A stretch of DNA of 20,362 nt from Candidatus Hodarchaeota archaeon (GTDB lineage: Archaea; Asgardarchaeota; Heimdallarchaeia; Hodarchaeales; Hodarchaeaceae): contig JAEOTM010000107.1 of assembly GCA_016839815.1 (NCBI GenBank), positions 1-20,362 on the forward strand, given 5' to 3'. Both the position numbers and the translations under genes were made by a program. Under the pieces are notes generated by a model that did no database searches, was not told the DNA's origin, and was given only the letters and a program-made list of their open reading frames with translations. Numbering within the stretch: the stretch's first letter is position 1; each line of letters begins with the position of its first letter. This document shows, in pieces, positions 17,067-20,362 of this stretch.

Positions 17067-17917
17067 ATAGGTTCGTAAGTTACTGAAAGCATTTCTAGCG
17101 CTAGAAGACCATCATTGTCATGATCAAGTAGTGAAACAAATACAAAATTGGGTTCTCCAGGTGTCGTCAACTCTGAGGAATTTAATTGAAACACTTCGCT
17201 TGGAAAAGATGTAACTTCAAACTTTTCAAGTGTAAAAACATACTGACTTCTATTAATATCATTGATTATGAAGAATAATCCACTGGAAGAGGCTACTGAG
17301 AACTCTAATCGCAGTTCTAAATCCAAGCTTCCATTATTAATCACGGAGAAGTTCATTGTTAATCCCGCTTGGGTGAAAATTAAGGAGGAAGTTAATGAAA
17401 TCAGAGAAAGTGGTCCATAGGTATCTCCAATCGTAAGGATATCAGAACGAAATGTCTCTGCAGATCTTGCACTTGTTTTTCCTTGTGGATACACTGTTAC
17501 ATCTATGTATATAGTATCATTTCCAGGTATTAACTCACTTTGATCGATAGTGTTGTCACATGCGAGAGAAATTGTTTCAATTCCTAAACCAGATAAAAGT
17601 ATTTTTGTTTGATCCATATACCAACCGAGAATAGGAGTACGATTGAAATAAAGAAGAGAAAAAGCATCGGGGGAGATCTCAATATTTGTACGTTCCATAT
17701 TTTGTAAAGTAATATCAAATCTATCTACATAGATGTCATTATCAGTAGTTTCGAAAGAAGATAAGCCAATGACTTCAACCCCTAATGGATCGGGAGTATT
17801 AAGGGTACCAAACATCACTAATGCTACTCCTAACCCAGCAACCACGACAAGTCCAATTAAAAGTACAGTAGCAATTACAGGACTAATACCTCTCTTCTTC
17901 TTCAACATATTCATCAT
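17063..17917 (-). CDS. Archaeal type IV pilin-like protein with class III signal peptide
   Basis: KKKRG|ISPVIATVLLIGLVVVAG PibD/FlaK-type cleavage motif and hydrophobic helix, followed by a beta-rich acidic body. Likely start at ATG 17917/17914/17908 rather than TTG 18031. Confidence 0.85.
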   Translation of the reverse strand: MMNMLKKKRGISPVIATVLLIGLVVVAGLGVALVMFGTLNTPDPLGVEVIGLSSFETTDNDIYVDRFDITLQNMERTNIEISPDAFSLLYFNRTPILGWYMDQTKILLSGLGIETISLACDNTIDQSELIPGNDTIYIDVTVYPQGKTSARSAETFRSDILTIGDTYGPLSLISLTSSLIFTQAGLTMNFSVINNGSLDLELRLEFSVASSSGLFFIINDINRSQYVFTLEKFEVTSFPSEVFQLNSSELTTPGEPNFVFVSLLDHDNDGLLALEMLSVTYEPI

Positions 17918-18166
17918 ATTTTCGTCTCTCACTGCTTTTTTCATATTTAGGTCAAAATTAAATTTGATAGTGGTGTTAGGATTGCAAATTCTAGGTAAAG
18001 AAATATCGTTTTTAATATGGTTATTGTCCAAGTCTTCTCTTTTTTATCTTTCCTAACACACGAAAAATCGCTGTCTTTAGAATAACTTTCGATTTCGTTG
18101 GTTTGATATGATTCTTAATCATTTTCAGAATAATCTTAGTTTTCGTCTATTTTTCTTATTGAAGGT

Positions 18167-18190
18167 AAAAAAATTGAACCGGAACTTCAA
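18167..18190 (-). terminator. Short hairpin plus T7 tract, candidate terminator
   Basis: The minus strand reads TTGAA-GTTCCGG-TTCAA-TTTTTTT, downstream of the 612-aa gene and the structured RNA candidate. Confidence 0.5.
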
Positions 18191-18206
18191 CAAAGGTATC
18201 AGCGTA

Positions 18207-18297
18207 ATGCTTTTCTGCTAAGCCGGACGGTAATCAGCTTCATCGCAACGGGAAGGCCTCTGCTGACCGATACATTAGCAGTCTTTATTGAAAGCAT
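18207..18297 (-). ncRNA. Structured ncRNA, candidate archaeal box H/ACA guide RNA
   Basis: Minus strand: lower stem CUGCUAA/UUAGCAG, internal loop UGUAU/UCCGGC, upper stem CGGUCAGC/GCUG(AUU)ACCG, K-turn-like AGA...GCGAUGAA, and an ANA-type box (AAA) after the lower stem. Locally GC-rich. Confidence 0.5.
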
Positions 18298-18311
18298 CCT
18301 CTAGTCTTGTT

Positions 18312-20150
18312 TTACCATCGTGAAAAACCGATTCCACAAGTTTCTGATATGAGTAACAAGAATAAAGCAATTTCCTCCATTTCTTGATTTGATTCTGATG
18401 CGACAAATACAACTCCCTCTCCTTGATATAATGGCTGCATAATCAGTGAGAGAATAGCATCAAGTGCTTTTCCTAGGGTCCAGAAAGCTTCTGTTTCAAC
18501 CTGTTCTCGGACTTCTTTTTCAAAAATAAAGGTTTTAAATTTTGATGGGATTTTCTCTCTAACGAAATCACGATTGGGAGGAATAATTAAGATTGATCCT
18601 TCTTTTGGTATATTAAACCTTGAAGAAAGAGTCTTAATATTCAGTTCTACTTGAGTAAGGTATTCAACAATGCTTAACCATAAAACTCCACGCAAAGCGC
18701 TTTTATCCTGTTCATAAGGTGCGTGAAGGGCCACGGTATTTTGATGAATTTCAACGTTTCCATCAACTTTTGCGGCAATATCCTTGAGTGATCCAGCTAT
18801 ACTTTCAAGTCGCGGTGCGTAGGTAGAAATATGGCATTCAAAACGATCTAGCTTACGATATAAGCTAACCGTGATATTTGATTCACTTGATGGCACAACA
18901 TCAGCTGGTTGGAGATCAAGAGACATGGGAGACGCATCTAAAACTACAGGAATATCAGCAAAATTATACTGTAACCCACTTTCCCTTGCTTTTTGTAGTT
19001 GAGACGCAATTTCTGGACTTAATGCTTCTGAAGGAATGGGACGTTCGACAATAGGCTTCATTGGAACTGTTTTTATGGGGATTGCATCAGGTTCAGCAGC
19101 TAGCTGAATACTGGGTTTAAGAGCAGTTTTCTCAACAGGTGGAGCAGATATTGATGAGGTTGGTGTTTGGATTTCATCTTTTCCAACCACTAACTCTTGC
19201 AGCTCGGGTAGATCTGTTGTTTCTACTTCTATTGCTGGTGGGGTCAATTCCCTCATTTTATGCATTACTGGAGCAGACATGGTTACTACGATATCTTTTC
19301 CTGGTTGTATCACCGTCGATAATAATACATTATTTCTAATATAGTTATCCTCACTCGGAGGAAACATTGCCATGGACTGAGCTATCTCTTGAGCATCTGC
19401 ATTATCAATAAACTTTCGCATCTTGGCAGTGTTCGAATTCTCACCAAAAATTCTACTAAGAACATCATATACATGCTCTCCTGCATTTGCAGAAAAATAT
19501 TGTTTAAGGGGTGTCTCTAAACCAAAAATCAGTATATTATCATTCTCTTCGACTCCTGGTATAGGTGTAAATGACAAAACTCGTGAAGTTTTGGATGCTT
19601 CAATGATAGATAATAAATCGCTTGTATCATTCGGGTTTATAAAAACTAATCTGGATACTACGCTTTCTACTCCATATCGTAAATCATGTGCAAATGCTGT
19701 AAGTAAAACGAGAGCTGATAGCATTCCCTCTGCAGTTCTAGGAATGACATATATAGAATCCGCGGGTGAAGTCAATAGTTGGTAAAAAGCGTCTAAATGC
19801 CTGTTTTGAGCATCTAATACATTTCCATCGAGGAATTGTTCTATTAGGTTTAATACTATGCCCATGGTTGGAACAACTTGACGAGCATTTTTTGCAATTG
19901 GGATCAGGACGAGTGCAACAAGATCATCAGATCTCTTAACTTGGGGAAAAAGGAATATCATACGATGATGGGCAAATCTGATGAAGTGAATTCGTTCCCC
20001 TCCCATAATCTTCTGTGAAAAAAGAGTGAGAACTTGGGTAACAGTTGCGCTAATTTTGGAGTGTTGAGATAAAAGACCTTTACCTGAGCTAAAAATTACT
20101 CTATTCTGGTGAACGACAAGGAGATCGCTAGAATCCATTTGTGTATCCAT
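18312..20150 (-). CDS. Hypothetical 612-aa protein with N-terminal longin-like domain, possibly DENN-related
   Basis: aa 8-107 show a beta-beta-alpha-beta-beta-beta-alpha pattern (LLVVHQNRVIFS...VLTLFSQKIMGGERIHFIRF..HRMIF...LVALVLI...IVLNLIEQFL). This is followed by an alpha/beta region, a P/E/T-rich linker (about aa 303-380) and a C-terminal alpha/beta region. The CDS is secure; the domain call is tentative. Confidence 0.5.
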   Translation of the reverse strand: MDTQMDSSDLLVVHQNRVIFSSGKGLLSQHSKISATVTQVLTLFSQKIMGGERIHFIRFAHHRMIFLFPQVKRSDDLVALVLIPIAKNARQVVPTMGIVLNLIEQFLDGNVLDAQNRHLDAFYQLLTSPADSIYVIPRTAEGMLSALVLLTAFAHDLRYGVESVVSRLVFINPNDTSDLLSIIEASKTSRVLSFTPIPGVEENDNILIFGLETPLKQYFSANAGEHVYDVLSRIFGENSNTAKMRKFIDNADAQEIAQSMAMFPPSEDNYIRNNVLLSTVIQPGKDIVVTMSAPVMHKMRELTPPAIEVETTDLPELQELVVGKDEIQTPTSSISAPPVEKTALKPSIQLAAEPDAIPIKTVPMKPIVERPIPSEALSPEIASQLQKARESGLQYNFADIPVVLDASPMSLDLQPADVVPSSESNITVSLYRKLDRFECHISTYAPRLESIAGSLKDIAAKVDGNVEIHQNTVALHAPYEQDKSALRGVLWLSIVEYLTQVELNIKTLSSRFNIPKEGSILIIPPNRDFVREKIPSKFKTFIFEKEVREQVETEAFWTLGKALDAILSLIMQPLYQGEGVVFVASESNQEMEEIALFLLLISETCGIGFSRW

Positions 20151-20192
20151 GGTAATTCATTGGATTAATCTATGAGTTTGCTTATTAAGGTT

Positions 20193-20362
20193 TCATGATT
20201 TAAAATTAGAAAATTTAAAATCTCCTTCTCTTATTAATTTAGGCTCATCGGGGGAGGTCATATCAATAATAGTGGAAGGAGATCTCTTTGGTAAAGTACC
20301 TTGGTTAATCCAAAGATCAATGCTAGTTTTCGGCAAATTCCTAAATACTTCATCAAAAATGG
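20193..20362 (-). CDS. tsaC: 3' end of L-threonylcarbamoyladenylate synthase (YrdC/TsaC/Sua5 family), 5'-truncated by the window edge
   Basis: Not in the ORF track. Manual translation gives IFDEVFRNLPKTSIDLWINQGTLPKRSPSTIIDMTSPDEPKLIREGDFKFSNFKS*, containing the YrdC C-terminal PSTIID...LIREG motif. Confidence 0.85.
   Translation of the reverse strand, partial: IFDEVFRNLPKTSIDLWINQGTLPKRSPSTIIDMTSPDEPKLIREGDFKFSNFKS

Noticed and set aside
18199-18246. Box C/D sRNA reading (C-like GCGAUGA ... D box CUGA at 18202-18199)
   Set aside because: No convincing C'/D' pair or terminal stem, and the would-be guides are tied up in the long hairpin. Kept only as a weaker alternative to the H/ACA model.
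18190-18250. Fluoride riboswitch reading of GCGAUGAAG...GCUGAU on the minus strand
   Set aside because: The P1 complement (UCGC) is missing, the pseudoknot spacing is wrong, and no fluoride-related gene follows.
18207-18297. SRP RNA, RNase P RNA or SECIS as identity of the hairpin
   Set aside because: Too short for archaeal SRP or RNase P RNA and lacks the SRP helix 8 and RNase P 5' P4 motifs (only CCGGCUUA is similar). There is no AUGA SECIS core and no in-frame UGA in the upstream gene.
2391-19785. Antisense or nested ORFs in the track (e.g. 2391-2756, 3048-3293, 4905-5300, 5975-6205, 7057-7335, 7533-7724, 7776-8057, 9399-9653, 11278-11589, 11719-12402, 13513-13719, 13856-14092, 14063-14341, 14909-15226, 15664-15855, 17733-18056, 19139-19339, 19423-19785)
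   Set aside because: They overlap well-supported genes on the opposite strand or in another frame and show no recognisable motifs, so they are treated as shadow ORFs.
6423-20362. A dedicated translation-modification cluster (tRNA, elp3, dph6, tsaC, guide RNA)
   Set aside because: The genes are dispersed, on different strands and interleaved with unrelated functions, which fits an ordinary core-genome region.
1-20362. CRISPR array, IS element, prophage or defence system
   Set aside because: No regularly spaced repeats, terminal inverted repeats, or transposase, integrase, viral or recognisable defence genes were seen.

Overview
AT-rich archaeal chromosomal segment. An Asgard origin (Heimdallarchaeia/Hodarchaeales-like) is inferred from an archaeal CCA-less tRNA, a class III prepilin, a CdvA-like protein and a longin-like protein; it is not proven. 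The window is mostly housekeeping: a 5'-truncated AbrB/ACT-like regulator, two tandem MscS paralogues, an alpha/beta hydrolase divergent from a double-wHTH regulator, a coiled-coil protein convergent with a zinc-ribbon/CdvA-like protein, tRNA-Ala(GGC), a four-gene 2-oxoacid:ferredoxin oxidoreductase operon (gamma-delta-alpha-beta), elp3, aglH, a sugar-phosphate nucleotidyltransferase, MazG, a hexapeptide acyltransferase, nadC, dph6, a type IV pilin-like protein, a 612-aa longin/DENN-like protein, and the 3' end of a YrdC/TsaC gene absent from the ORF track. I found no mobile element or CRISPR array. The most interesting unexplained signals are (1) a GC-rich intergenic hairpin at about 18207-18297 with the layout of an archaeal H/ACA pseudouridylation guide RNA, (2) the longin + DENN-like protein just upstream of it, (3) the zinc-ribbon CdvA-like protein, and (4) a perfect 24-bp palindrome upstream of nadC. 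All calls are by-eye motif recognition; no searches were run.
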